This document shows, piece by piece, positions 28,649 to 40,788 of a DNA stretch of 64,000 nucleotides (position 1 is the first letter of the stretch; each line of letters begins with the position of its first letter). A program made the translations under genes and the position numbers. The DNA lies in contig JAANOX010000099.1 in the NCBI GenBank assembly GCA_020184695.1, forward strand, positions 186,001 to 250,000, given 5' to 3'. Origin of the DNA: Histomonas meleagridis 2922-C6/04-290x. Lineage: Eukaryota > Protista > Parabasalia. The notes below the pieces were generated by a model. It made no database searches. It was not told the origin of the DNA and saw only the letters and a program-made list of their open reading frames with translations.

Positions 28649-29736
28649 ATAAGCCAATTGAATTGAATTTAACTTTTATGAATTTTAATTAACATTTTAA
28701 AACAGAACATTAGCTGAGTACAAATGTTACCTCGTGGGATAGTTGTTGTATGTGGTAAATAAATGAATGAATTTGAAACACAATTTGCGACAAATTTTTC
28801 GAATTTATTTATTTTGATATTCGCTTTTTTCATGTTTTGCTTATGGTATGGCACTGTGTTTAGTGGTTTCATGAGTAATTATTATGTATATTTCTATAGA
28901 AGATACAACAAAAGTCATTGGGAAATTGAGTGTTTCAAAAAGATTACAAAAACGACATCCAGGAATTGTTTAAAGTTCGTTTTGAATTCATTTTCTCGAC
29001 TTTTGAGTTCATCAGGGAACGATTTTGCAATCTTTTTACACAAAAATATTTATCATCAATATTTATTTGATAGTTTAACATTATTTCCTTTTCAAAATTG
29101 AAATTTAACCAAACGAACACAACATTTTGCGATATATTGTTAACTTTCTGAGAAATGCCGTAATGATGGTGAAATTGGGATTTATTTCATGAAATTATGT
29201 AAAAACTTGCATAATCAGACCAAAATATCTTAAAACGAAAACATTAATTTGAATTCATAAATGGTCTGAGTATTTGAAAAATTGAATCCGAACGATAAAA
29301 ATGCTTTACACCTAAAAAATATTTTTTTCTCTTAGGTTGCATATATTTTGGTTAAAAATAAATATAACACTTCTAAATTTTTATAATATGTAATTATTTT
29401 TTATATTAACAGTCCGGTTCATTACTAAAAAGCCATATTATGTGATTGAAAATATTTCAAGCATGATTTTTTCCCACTTAAATATAATTTTAAAAGCTTA
29501 TTTTTACTATCTACTACACTTATTATTAACTATAATTCATCCAAATAAATATCGAAAATATGCAAATCAGCTGATTTATTGAAAAATTGCAATCCAGATA
29601 TTACAAACCTTAGTATGACATCTCCAGATAGTCCTTATTCTTTGATTTTGGAGTAATATTATTCAGTATCGAAACTCAATTGATTGTGTCCTTCTTAAAA
29701 GATTTAGTACATTTGTATTTTTTACTATTAAACGCT

Positions 29737-30051
29737 TTACCAACGGCGAGGTGGTCCTGGAGGTGGCGGTGGATGGAAGAAAGGTCCAGGTGGTGGTGGA
29801 GGTGGAGGTGGATGGAAGAAAGGTCCAGGTGGTGGTGGAGGTGGGTGATGATAAACTGGTGGAGGAGGTGGTGGCGGATGATGATAAACTGGTGGAGGAG
29901 GTGGTGGTGGTGGATGATGATAAACTGGAGGAGGTGGAGGAGGAGGACGGAACCCTGGATGTGGTGGAGGTGGATGATGGAATGGAGGAGGTCCTGGTGG
30001 GTGGTGATGAGGTGGTCCTGGGTGATGATGTGGAGGTCCTGGTGGAGGCAT
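29737..30051 (-). CDS. Small Pro/His-rich repetitive protein
   Basis: MPPPGPPHHH...(PPPPPPPVYHH)x3 (PPPPPPGPFFH)x2...GPPRRW; a GC-rich island in AT-rich flanks; ATG at 30051. Confidence 0.7.
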   Translation of the reverse strand: MPPPGPPHHHPGPPHHHPPGPPPFHHPPPPHPGFRPPPPPPPVYHHPPPPPPPPVYHHPPPPPPPVYHHPPPPPPGPFFHPPPPPPPPGPFFHPPPPPGPPRRW

Positions 30052-30696
30052 CTTTGTTTGTGAAATGTTATATTTTGTCAACAACAACAATAATTCAATA
30101 ATTTGAAAGCACCGAGTTTGGATGGTTTTACCCGATAATTCAATAAATGACTTTGTTAATTCTTTGCAATAAACAAAATTATTCAAAATTTGAAAGCAAA
30201 AAGTGGTTATTGTTCAAATCATCGATGATTTTTAGGTGAAATTTCAACACCAAGAATTCTTGCAACGATATTGTTGATTTCACCTCAATTAAAGTATTTT
30301 TTGTTCTTCATTTTTGTTTGAATTATTTTGTTATGTAGCATGCAACCTATACAATACTTTTCAACTATAACCACATGATCTTTCTTTATTTTTTATTAAA
30401 TTGATTTCTCCTTCTCACAACCAAGCCACATCCCATCATGGGATGATAAAAATTTTTATCCATCATGTTAGACTGAGTGGTTATTTTTTGACATTGTTGT
30501 AATTATTGATAAAAATAAATAATTGTGATTATTACCGAAAATTATGGGAAACATAACTTTTACATTACGCGTATAATATAAAAATATAATTTAATTTATA
30601 AATTTTATAAACATTTAGAGGAATTACTGGGAATTAATTTTTAATATGGCAAAATAATTTGTGAACTTTTAAATTGTCTTTTTTCTGTTGGTCGCA

Positions 30697-33600
30697 ATGG
30701 AACAATTGAAAACTTTTTTTTTAGAACATGAAGAAATTACAACTAAAAATGTACAAATGTTTGTTGATTTCCTCAGAGACTCTCTTAATGAAAACGAGAA
30801 TTTAACAATGAATATTTTAGCAGATCGCATTTGCGGAGAAAACTCATTCTTTGTTCTTCAAACTATGTCAACAAAAGTAAAAAACATAATGCGAAAAATA
30901 AATAAATTGAAGGAATTCCAGAATATTTGTATTGAAACAATCGAAAAATCATTTTGGAAGTCATCAAATCCAAATTTCCAATCGGCCAATAATTTCATAT
31001 TAATATTTGGAAAGGAAGTATTTTTTGAATCAAAGAATGAAGAATTTCTTGTTTTTATATCATCTGGAAAAGATATTCCATCATGTTCTAAATTAATTGA
31101 ACCATATTTAAGATCACAACAAGCGCCAATTCCCATTAGTTCAGGCATAAATCATTTCCCACATGTTGAAACAAATTCATATTCAATTTTAGGCTCATAT
31201 ATTCTTGATGTTATTTCTAATGAAACTAACTTTGAAACTATTTATTCTTTAACAAGAGCCCTTTCAGAAATCATTCTAACTATTATTAACATCAATGATA
31301 TTCTTAATCTATATTCTGAAACAAAATCTCCATTATTATTGATGCTTAAATCTAAACTCAATAGGAACTGTTTTTATTTGTTTTTATCAATAACAGTCTC
31401 AGGAATTCCAGAAAAATCCGAAATCACAAATTCAATATACAATAAACTTCTCAATTTTCTATCGTCCGAATCTTCTATTGAAGACAAAATCTTTGGATAT
31501 GTGTCATTAATGCGTTTGACCAATTATATTCAAGACTTTGAATCATTTGTTTCCAATTCGATTGCTTTTATGATTCTTGACTTTGATTCACGAAATGCAA
31601 ATATACATAATTCCTTAGAGAATTTATATTTATCCATTATTAAGCGCTCCAAAAAAGACAAAACGTTAAATCAATTAGGGAAACAATTATATTTATCAGT
31701 TGAACAACTTTCATATCAAACACATTTCAAATCTTTTGTACTTCCCGACATTATAACATTTTATACTGATTTTCCATCGATTACAAATGAGTTAATTGAG
31801 CTATCACAAGATGCATCTGATTGCTCATTAGTTAACAAATGTATTAAATCATTTTGTAAGAACAACAAATTAAAATCCGAAAATTTAATTAAGTCAATCA
31901 TTGAATATTCGGTTCAACATGATGATAATTATAACTTTAAAACATTTGTTTCGATATTTCAGCCATTTTATAACTTACAGCCACAAATGATAACAAAAGC
32001 ATTTGAATTATTTAATGATATTAAATCGAATTCTATAAAAGTTTGGCTACGATTAGAAACACTTTCAACAATACCAAAATCGAAATGGCCGAATTATGAT
32101 ATATATAATGATTTAAAGTATGGAATTCGACATTGTAATTATGACTTAAAACTTTTATCATTTCAAGTATTACTTAAAACAGATTTTTTAGCTTCTGAAA
32201 AGTTATTAAAATTAATAACAAAATATTTCATTAAAATGATTTATTGTGATTCATCGAAACATATACAAATTATATTCAATTTATTTAATGATTTTATTAA
32301 TATATTTAAATCCTTTTCGAATAAAGAAGTTGTTCATAATGTATTAAACTCATTTTTAAATGAATTTGTTTATTTAATGGCACCTGATTCAGTAACAACA
32401 CAACGAAAATTTGGATTTGATTTAACTTTAATAATTTGGAAACATTTCCCAAATATTTATAATGAAACATTACTTCATTCAATATATTCATTGTTATTTG
32501 ATCCATCGACGAAATTTAGTAAAAATGTATACAATATAATATATAATGAAATATATAAAAAAGATAACAAAAAAGCGGAAATTTTACGTAATTTTGGATT
32601 TAAAGAACAAAATGATAATAAAATTAACGTTAAAAATAATGAGGAAACATTAAATAAATATATTAATGAATTAAAAGAAAATAATTCCGAAACTATTCAT
32701 ACTCTTGAGCGCTTTTTAAAGGATAAAACAATTGTTTTCACTGAAACATTTCTAAATGAAATTGTTGACAAATTTTTCGATGTTTTTATTAATACGAAAG
32801 ATGTCGGAATTTCATATCATGGACAATTTGTCTTTGAATCATTATTTAAGTTAATAAACAATATCGAAATTTCTCAAACAAAACTTAATAATTATACAAC
32901 GCAATTATTAACAATTTTAAGTAATTTCGATATGGAAAATATGCGAAGAAGTGCTTCATTACCATTTGTAGCTTTATCATTAATTAGAATATATAATAAC
33001 AAAAACAATGATAAAGTTAACTTAAATCAAAATCAAATTAAAATATTAAACGCTTTAATTAACTTATTAAAAAATACTTCGAATGAAATCGAAGCTACAA
33101 ACACATTAAATGTTATTCGATTTGTTCTCAAAGATAAAATTACTTCTTCTTATGAAGAAACATTTTTACCAAAAATATTCCAAATAATATTCGAAACATC
33201 CGAAAAATTCCATTGTTGGGACTTCATAAGTGCATTAAACTTATGTTTTGCGACTTTATTACAAAAGCTTTGGAAGCGAAGTGAAAAGACAATAAATTTA
33301 ATGATATTTTTCCAAAAGTTTCCAAACTCTAAAGAAATATTAATTAATGCATTAAAGTCTATTAATAATCATACTATATACTTTGCGATAACTGTTTTAT
33401 CATTATTTAATTCGACTAAAAAAGAAACTGAAATATTAAACTTGTTAATAAAACATATTGATAATAAGTCGTCAAGAATTAGAAGACTTATTTCTAAGTC
33501 AATTATAAATGTTATACCTGAAAGTGATTATAATTTACTTTATGAGCAAATATTTTATATATTAAATGATTCGAAATATTTCGAACATAAAAATATTTAT

Positions 33601-34059
33601 AATTATTCGAATAATTATTTTGAATTTGATCAAATTATTACTTCAAATTCATTAAATACTTTTATTAACATATTAAAAATATTAATAATCGAAAAACAAA
33701 TAAAAATTAATGAGTTTCCACAAATTAAAATCCATTTAGTTCCGCCTTTTATATATTCTGATCTCATTTTGATATATAATAAGTTAAATATGAAAATACC
33801 TAAAATTAATATAAAACAAAATTCGTTATTTTATTATGATGAATCAATTTTATTATATAATCAAAATGAAATTATTTGTAATGTTTCTGATTCATTATTA
33901 ATATCAATTTTAAATAAATCAAGTGAAATTAAGTCATTAAATGAAACTTTTATAAATATAATTAAAAATAGAATTGCCCAAAAAAATGTCCCTTATATGT
34001 TATTATTTAAATGTATCGATTCGAAAATGAAAATTTTGAAAATTTGCGGTCCCGATTGA
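30697..34059 (+). CDS. THADA/Trm732-like HEAT-repeat protein (DUF2428)
   Basis: MRRSASLPF (cf. RRSAGLP), NTLNVIRFVLKDK, CWDFISALNLCFATL; long helical-repeat protein. Confidence 0.8.
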   Translation: MEQLKTFFLEHEEITTKNVQMFVDFLRDSLNENENLTMNILADRICGENSFFVLQTMSTKVKNIMRKINKLKEFQNICIETIEKSFWKSSNPNFQSANNFILIFGKEVFFESKNEEFLVFISSGKDIPSCSKLIEPYLRSQQAPIPISSGINHFPHVETNSYSILGSYILDVISNETNFETIYSLTRALSEIILTIININDILNLYSETKSPLLLMLKSKLNRNCFYLFLSITVSGIPEKSEITNSIYNKLLNFLSSESSIEDKIFGYVSLMRLTNYIQDFESFVSNSIAFMILDFDSRNANIHNSLENLYLSIIKRSKKDKTLNQLGKQLYLSVEQLSYQTHFKSFVLPDIITFYTDFPSITNELIELSQDASDCSLVNKCIKSFCKNNKLKSENLIKSIIEYSVQHDDNYNFKTFVSIFQPFYNLQPQMITKAFELFNDIKSNSIKVWLRLETLSTIPKSKWPNYDIYNDLKYGIRHCNYDLKLLSFQVLLKTDFLASEKLLKLITKYFIKMIYCDSSKHIQIIFNLFNDFINIFKSFSNKEVVHNVLNSFLNEFVYLMAPDSVTTQRKFGFDLTLIIWKHFPNIYNETLLHSIYSLLFDPSTKFSKNVYNIIYNEIYKKDNKKAEILRNFGFKEQNDNKINVKNNEETLNKYINELKENNSETIHTLERFLKDKTIVFTETFLNEIVDKFFDVFINTKDVGISYHGQFVFESLFKLINNIEISQTKLNNYTTQLLTILSNFDMENMRRSASLPFVALSLIRIYNNKNNDKVNLNQNQIKILNALINLLKNTSNEIEATNTLNVIRFVLKDKITSSYEETFLPKIFQIIFETSEKFHCWDFISALNLCFATLLQKLWKRSEKTINLMIFFQKFPNSKEILINALKSINNHTIYFAITVLSLFNSTKKETEILNLLIKHIDNKSSRIRRLISKSIINVIPESDYNLLYEQIFYILNDSKYFEHKNIYNYSNNYFEFDQIITSNSLNTFINILKILIIEKQIKINEFPQIKIHLVPPFIYSDLILIYNKLNMKIPKINIKQNSLFYYDESILLYNQNEIICNVSDSLLISILNKSSEIKSLNETFINIIKNRIAQKNVPYMLLFKCIDSKMKILKICGPD

Positions 34060-34431
34060 TTGCTATTCTTTAAAAATAATCTTACCCTAAAGTTTTAAGA
34101 AAATAATCAAAATTGAATGTAAAGGAATCCTTCGTCCATCCTTTAGTACTTTTGCAAATATATCCAGACTTATAAATAAAATATGGCTTTTGCAAAACAA
34201 AAATAAAAAAAAATATTATATAATTTTTAACAGTGAAACAAAATTAAATTTATATGAAATATAAATTATCCCAATTCGAGGAAATAAAAACCAAAATTAT
34301 ATAAGCGACCGTTAAGGTATTGTTCACATCAAACATTTTGATGTTCTAACACAAATTATCATAAACATCAAAAAATCATTGCTAGTTCTCTATTCTTACA
34401 TTTATATTCTGTCTTTTGGCTCATATTCATA

Positions 34432-35721
34432 TTACCCAACGAACTCAAACATGCTATCTAAGTATGCAAGTAATTTCGTAGGGAAAAGACTGCATTCCTT
34501 TCTTACTGTCAACGTTAGTATACAACATTCGAAATCATCACAATCCACTAGATCAAAAGAAGCCGAAGAATCATCATCAACTTGGTTCAATACAATAGTT
34601 CTATTTAAAGTTGCAGCTGTTGATATACAGCAATTAAAAGGTAACAAAAATCCATTAATTGCCTTCATCAAAGCACAACTATGAGCTCTATATTTTTTCT
34701 CGATGAAAGTATCGAATACTTTTTTGTTATTAATTGGACATGATTTAAATCTCTTGAATAGATGTCTTGATTGTAATTTTTGGAAGAACAAATAATAAAG
34801 TAATTTCTCGATACATGGTTCAGGCTTTGACAATTGATTATTAACTTCATTCGGTGCAACGCTAATCAATTGTGAAACTCTTGAGACAACATCCATTTTT
34901 GGGTGTTGAATTGGCACGTCAAAATCAAACGGTGACATATAAGGAGGGGTTCGAACTGGAATTGAATTGAAAACATCAAATTTACGGCACTCTTTGGCCG
35001 TCGGACGTTTTTTTGGATCTATGTTAAGCATAGCCGATATCAGCGGGCGGACGTCAGCGGGGAGCGCGTCGAATTTGATGTTGGTTGGAGGCTCATTCTC
35101 TTTGTATGGAAATCGTTTCGAGAAAATTGAGAAGAAAAGAACCCCGCAACTCCATATATCGGCTTTAAAGCCATCATAAAAGCGTTGGGTAAGAACCTCA
35201 GGGGCAACGTATTGATAAGAGCCGCATTTCCCTGTTACTTTATCATCAAAAGTGACATATGCAAGGCCAAGGTCTGAAAGTCTAACGCCCATTTTATCTG
35301 TGAGGAGTACATTTTCTAGTTTTATGTCTCGGTGACAAATATGATTCTCATGTAGATATTCGATAGCTGCAAGGATTTGATCTGCTATTGAAATTATGAC
35401 TTGCTTTGATAGCCCAGATGTCCTAAGGAGCTGGAGAAGGTCACCTTTTTCATAAAGATCTGATATTTGGAATGTTTGTGATTTTCCTTCAATAACTTCG
35501 TGAATGGCTAAAATGTTTGGATGGCAAAGTAGAGGAGAAAGAGTTTTCTCGTTGAAATCTATTCTATTGCCATCTACTAAAGAGGCAGCGACTTTTTTGG
35601 ATGTGATTTTTGCAACCAGTGGATGTTCACCGGCTGATTTAAAGCAGAGCCGGATGGATGAAAATGAGCCGGATCCAATCTTCTGACCCACGAGATAACG
35701 ATGAACCTTGAAGAAGCTCAT
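34432..35721 (-). CDS. CAMK-group (CAMKL/SNF1-like) protein kinase
   Basis: IGSGSFSSI, VAK, HRDIKLENVLL, DLG, CGSYQYVAPE, DIWSCGV; start at MSFFKV inferred. Confidence 0.9.
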   Translation of the reverse strand: MSFFKVHRYLVGQKIGSGSFSSIRLCFKSAGEHPLVAKITSKKVAASLVDGNRIDFNEKTLSPLLCHPNILAIHEVIEGKSQTFQISDLYEKGDLLQLLRTSGLSKQVIISIADQILAAIEYLHENHICHRDIKLENVLLTDKMGVRLSDLGLAYVTFDDKVTGKCGSYQYVAPEVLTQRFYDGFKADIWSCGVLFFSIFSKRFPYKENEPPTNIKFDALPADVRPLISAMLNIDPKKRPTAKECRKFDVFNSIPVRTPPYMSPFDFDVPIQHPKMDVVSRVSQLISVAPNEVNNQLSKPEPCIEKLLYYLFFQKLQSRHLFKRFKSCPINNKKVFDTFIEKKYRAHSCALMKAINGFLLPFNCCISTAATLNRTIVLNQVDDDSSASFDLVDCDDFECCILTLTVRKECSLFPTKLLAYLDSMFEFVG

Positions 35722-36312
35722 TTTATGTAATTTCCTGTAAAGCTGCAATAAATTGAAATTTGAATTATATTTGAAAATTGTTATGGTTTTGATCGTCGAC
35801 GATAGAATTATCACAAAAAATAATAAGAAAGATAATATGAGTTAATGATCATTTTTTTAGTACAAAGAAATCATTTAATTATGTATTAAAAAGGAATTTT
35901 TCAAAATTTGATTGTATTTATTATAAAGAGTTGTTTATTTTTACTTTAGAAATTTCATAAAATTTTTTTGTTTTTGTTAGGTTGATAATAAAATGAAATA
36001 TTATTGGAATTGCGCATGTTGAAAGTCAAATGAATTTGGTTTTCATAGAATTTTTGATTACTTTAAGATTTTTTCTATTCATATATAAAAAGTTTTACAA
36101 CAAATATATCTCTTCAGTTTAAGATATCTTAATAATATGTTAATGTTTTAGGAATTTATTAATATTAATATAAGTAAAAAGTTTTTGTTTAATGGATTTT
36201 CTTTTTTTTTTTATAAGTTTAAATGATAAGAATTAGGTTTTGATAAAATATATCAAAAAGAATTTATTTATATTAATTTTTATTATATCTATTAACGATC
36301 CGTAATATTGAG

Positions 36313-39300
36313 TTAGTTATTTTTATCAGCTATTTCAATTCCTCCATGTTCAATTAGTATTTTTACTATTTCGTTGTGTCCTGTTTCAGAAGCAATCATA
36401 AGTGCTGTTTCAAAAATTATCAACAATTTTCATGCATTATTGTGAAATATTATATTATTAAAACAAATTTTAAATATAATAAATTAATATCTAATATATT
36501 AATATCAATTCCTTTTTGTTCAACAAGCAATTTAACGATATTAACATGCCCATTATAAGATGCGCAAATTAATGCAGTCCAAAATTGCTTAAACAATTTC
36601 CAAATATTATTTTTTAATTCCAAAGTATTTAAATAAAAATTAAACAGAATACGTAAACATAATCAACGGCATTAATATCGATTCCTTTTTGTTGGATTAA
36701 TAATTTAACTATTTCTGTATAACCTTCTTCAGATGCAATCATAAGTGCAGTCCAAAAATATTTAAACAATTTCCAAATATTATTTCAAAATTCCAAATAA
36801 TTAAAATAAATTACATATGAAATAAAGTAAATATCTTTAGAATTGATATCAATTTCTGTTTGTTCAAGAAGTAATCTAACTATTTCGATTTTACAATTTG
36901 AAGAAGCACAAATTAGTGCTGTTTGAATTAATTTATATTAATTCCGAATTTTTTTATAATATTTTAAATTACCAAATAAAAAATCAAACAAAACAAATAA
37001 AAATCTATAGCATTGATATCAATTCCTTTTTGTTCAAGAAGTAATTTAACTGTTTCTATATTACCATCATATGAAGCATAAATTAATGCATTCCAATAAC
37101 TTTGGAAAATATTCCAAATATTATTTTGTAATTTCAAATTATTTAAATAAAATTTAAATAAACAAAAACAACATCTCTATCATTAATATTAATTCCTTCA
37201 TTTTCCAGAAGTAACTTAACTATTTCAGTATGATTTTTTTCAGATGCTTTCATAAGTGCTGTTTGAATTAACATGAATTAATTCCAAATGATATTATAAT
37301 ATTTCAAATTATTAAATTAAACATTAAATTAAAGTAATAAATGTTTTTCGCATTAATATCAATTCCTTCTTGTGCAAGAAGTAATTTAACTATCTCTGTA
37401 AAGCCATTATATGATGCATAAATTAGTGAGCTCCAATTTATTTAAAAAATATTCCAAATATTATTTTGTAATTTCAAATTATTTCTATAAAATTTAAATA
37501 AAACAAGTTAACATCTCTAATGTTAATATCAATTTTATTTTCAAGAAGTAACTTAACTATTATCGTATGATTTCTTTCAGATGCTTTTATAAGTGCAGTT
37601 TGAAGTAGTTTAAATTATTTCCAAATGTTATTATTATATTTCAAATTATTACATGAAAAATCAATTAAATCATGTAAACATCTATAGCATTGATGTCAAT
37701 TGTTTTTTGTTTAAGTAGTATTTCAACTATTTCTGTTTTACCGCTTGAAGATGCAAACATAAGTGCTGTATAAAATAATTTGAATAATTTCCATAAATTT
37801 GTTTGAAATAGCAAAGTATTTTCTGAAAATTTTTGTGACAGAAATAAATTTCTTTAGAATTAACTTCAATTTTTTCTTGTAAAAGAAGCATTTGAACTAT
37901 GTCTTTATGACCATTATCAGATGCAAACATAAGTGCTGTTCTAAATATTTTATATAATTTCCAAATATTATATTTTAATGTCAAATTATTTAAATAAAGT
38001 TTAAATAAGATAACTAATTATCTTTCGCATTAATATCAATTCCTTCTTGTTCAAGAAGTAATTTAACAGTTTCTGTATGACCATTTTCTGCTGCCAAAAT
38101 CAAACTTGTTTTAAATAATTTTAATAATCTCCAAAAATTATTTTGAAATATCAAATTATTAAATGAAAAATCAAATCAATCAAATATATGTCTTTAACAT
38201 TGATATCTATTCCGTTTTGTTCAAGAAGTAATTTTACTATTTCTGTGTATCCCTTTTCAGATGCTAAAATAAGAGCTGTGTTAAACAATTTGAGTAATTT
38301 CCAAACATTATTTTAAAACAAAAAATTATTGAAATTAATTTTATAATAATTAAATAAACATTTCTTGCATTGAAATCAATACCTTTTTTGTCAAGAAGTA
38401 ATTTAACTATTTCTATATATCCCTTTTCTGAAGCCAAAATGAGTGCTGTATCAAATAATTTAAATAATTCCCAAATATTATTTTGAAACATTAAATAAAA
38501 GAATCTAATTTTGATAAATATCAATATATATTTTTGATATTAACATCATTTCCTTTATGTTGGAGAAGTAATTTAACGATTTCTGTATTTCCATTTTGAA
38601 TTGCATGAAAACAAATTGTATTAAATATTACAAATAATTTCCATATTTTATTTCAAAACATTAAAATATTGTATTAAACAATGGGAAAAATTAACAAATA
38701 TTTTTGATATTAATATCAATTCTTTCTTGTTCAAGAAGGATTTTAACTATTTCGATGTGACCTTTTTTAGATGCCTTAATAAGTGCTGTTTGAAATAGTT
38801 CAAATAGTCTTCAAATATAATTTTGAAATATTAAATGGTTAAAACAAATATTAAACTAAATTAAAAAATATCTTTTGCATTGACATCAATTCCTTCATGT
38901 TTAAGAAGTATTTTAACTATTTCTATGTTTCCTTTAGAAGATACCCAAATAAGTGCTGTTTGAAACAACATAAATGAATTCCAAACATTATTTTGGAACT
39001 TCAAATTATAGAAACTTATATTAAATAATATAAATATATATCTTTTGAATTGACATCAATATCTTTTTGTTCAAGAAGCAATTTAACTATTTCTGAATTG
39101 CTTGTATAAGATGCACAAATAAGTGCTGTACTAAATAATTTGAATGATTTCCAATTATTACAATGAAACTTTAAGTTATGAAAATCAATTTTAATATAAA
39201 TAAACAAACGTTTTTAGCATTAATATCGATTCCTTCTTGTTTAAGAAGTAATTTAATTATTTCCATATGGACACAATCAGCTGCACAATTAAAAGGAGTA

Positions 39301-39549
39301 TTAAATAATTTGTATAATTTCCAAATATTATTTTGAAATAGAAAATTAATATAACAAATATAAAACACAACAAATAAAAATCTTTAGGATTATTATCAAT
39401 TTCTTCTTGTTCAAAAAATAAATTAAATATATCATTTTGATGATATTGAGATGCAATTATAAGTGCTGTATTAAATAATTAAAACAATTTCCAAATAATG
39501 TTTTGAATCACCAGATTATTAAAACAAATATCAAATAAAACAAATAAAT
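36313..39549 (-). repeat. Diverged 170-bp-period array of gene B
   Basis: AAGTGC(T/A)GT (plus-strand image of the TAL codons) and TTCCAAA recur at 170-nt intervals despite heavy sequence divergence. Confidence 0.95.
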
Positions 39550-40728
39550 ATCTTTAGCATTGATATCAATTCCATTTTGATTTAAAATGTATTGGATCAG
39601 TTCAATATTTCCCGATTTTACCGAAAAAATCAAAATATTTTTTGGAATTTGATATTCTTCAAGAAAATATTTAACAAGAAATATATTACCTATTTTAGCT
39701 GCGATATTAATAATGGAATCGTTGATTTCCATTCCTTCTTTTTGCAAAAAGGAAAAAATTTCATAATTATGATGCAAAATGCATTCAATACCTAATTCTT
39801 CTAAATTCTCAATATCAACAAATTTATTTTCATAAATATATTTCAAGATATCATTCCGATGAAATTCAATTGCTGTTTCATATGGTCTTTCAAACAATGT
39901 ATGACTTTGTTCACATAAATGAATGATTTCTTCATTTCCACCTGCAACAGCATATTTTCCTGTATTAATTAAATTTGTCCCATTCATAAGCAAATATTTA
40001 AAACATTTAACTGATCCAAAAAATGCTGCATAATCAATTAATGTAACACCTCTTTTGTTAATAAATGAATATCTTTCATAAAGTGATGGTTTAATTGTTT
40101 GATTAAAATCAAATTTTGTTTGTGATGATATTTCTTGAAGTTTTTCGATTTCATCATTTCGAATTATTTTCGCAATTTCATTCGGATTAACTCCTTCTTT
40201 AATTAATTTTTTATATAGTTTCCAATTATCTTGTGAAAGTTCTTCGCGACTTTCTTTGAAATCTTTACGTAATAAAATTTTGTTGTTTGCTTCTTTAAAA
40301 TTTTTATATAAAATGTAATGAAAAAAATATTTTTCGTTTTGACTTTCAAGCACTTTGGGCTTTAATACATTACGTTCAATCATAACTTCAAGGAGATAAT
40401 GTGATTCTTGTGATAATTTCCCGAGAAGAAAATGTGTAAATACAGAAAATATTTTGGATTTTATTTTATGTTTTTCTTCGAATATTTCAATTTCTTTCAT
40501 AAAATTAAAATATTTATTAAAATTATTATTCTGTAAGATAAATGATGAATATATTATTTGGCTAATAAGTAAGTTAAAAGAATATGCATAATTTTCATTA
40601 AACATATTAATTATTGAAAGAAATGATTGATTAGTGTTCTCTTCACTTAAATCAAGTATTATTTTCTGTAAAAATTGTAATTTTTCGAATCTATTGCCTT
40701 GATTTGATAAGTTTTCGCATTTTTCCAT
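36313..40728 (-). CDS. Split ankyrin-repeat gene B: DUF3447-type N-terminal region plus 19 interrupted repeats
   Basis: Open 40728-39550. Repeat blocks start (minus strand) at 39469, 39299, 39129, 38959, 38789, 38619, 38449, 38279, 38109, 37939, 37769, 37599, 37432, 37262, 37092, 36922, 36751, 36578 and 36408; all are stop-free (90 nt, one of 87; the last ends ADKNN-TAA). Spacers: 17x80, 81, 83 nt. About 1039 aa if processed as modelled. Confidence 0.8.
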
Positions 40729-40788
40729 TGGCCTTACAAAAAAGTGACAGACAAATTCCGGTTTAACAAAGCATTACACACTTGTAAA
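40729..40788. promoter_or_regulatory. 60-bp bidirectional promoter between ankyrin genes B and C
   Basis: Head-to-head ATGs at 40728 (-) and 40789 (+). Inr-like TCACTT on the minus strand and ACACTT on the plus strand lie shortly before each ATG. Confidence 0.6.
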
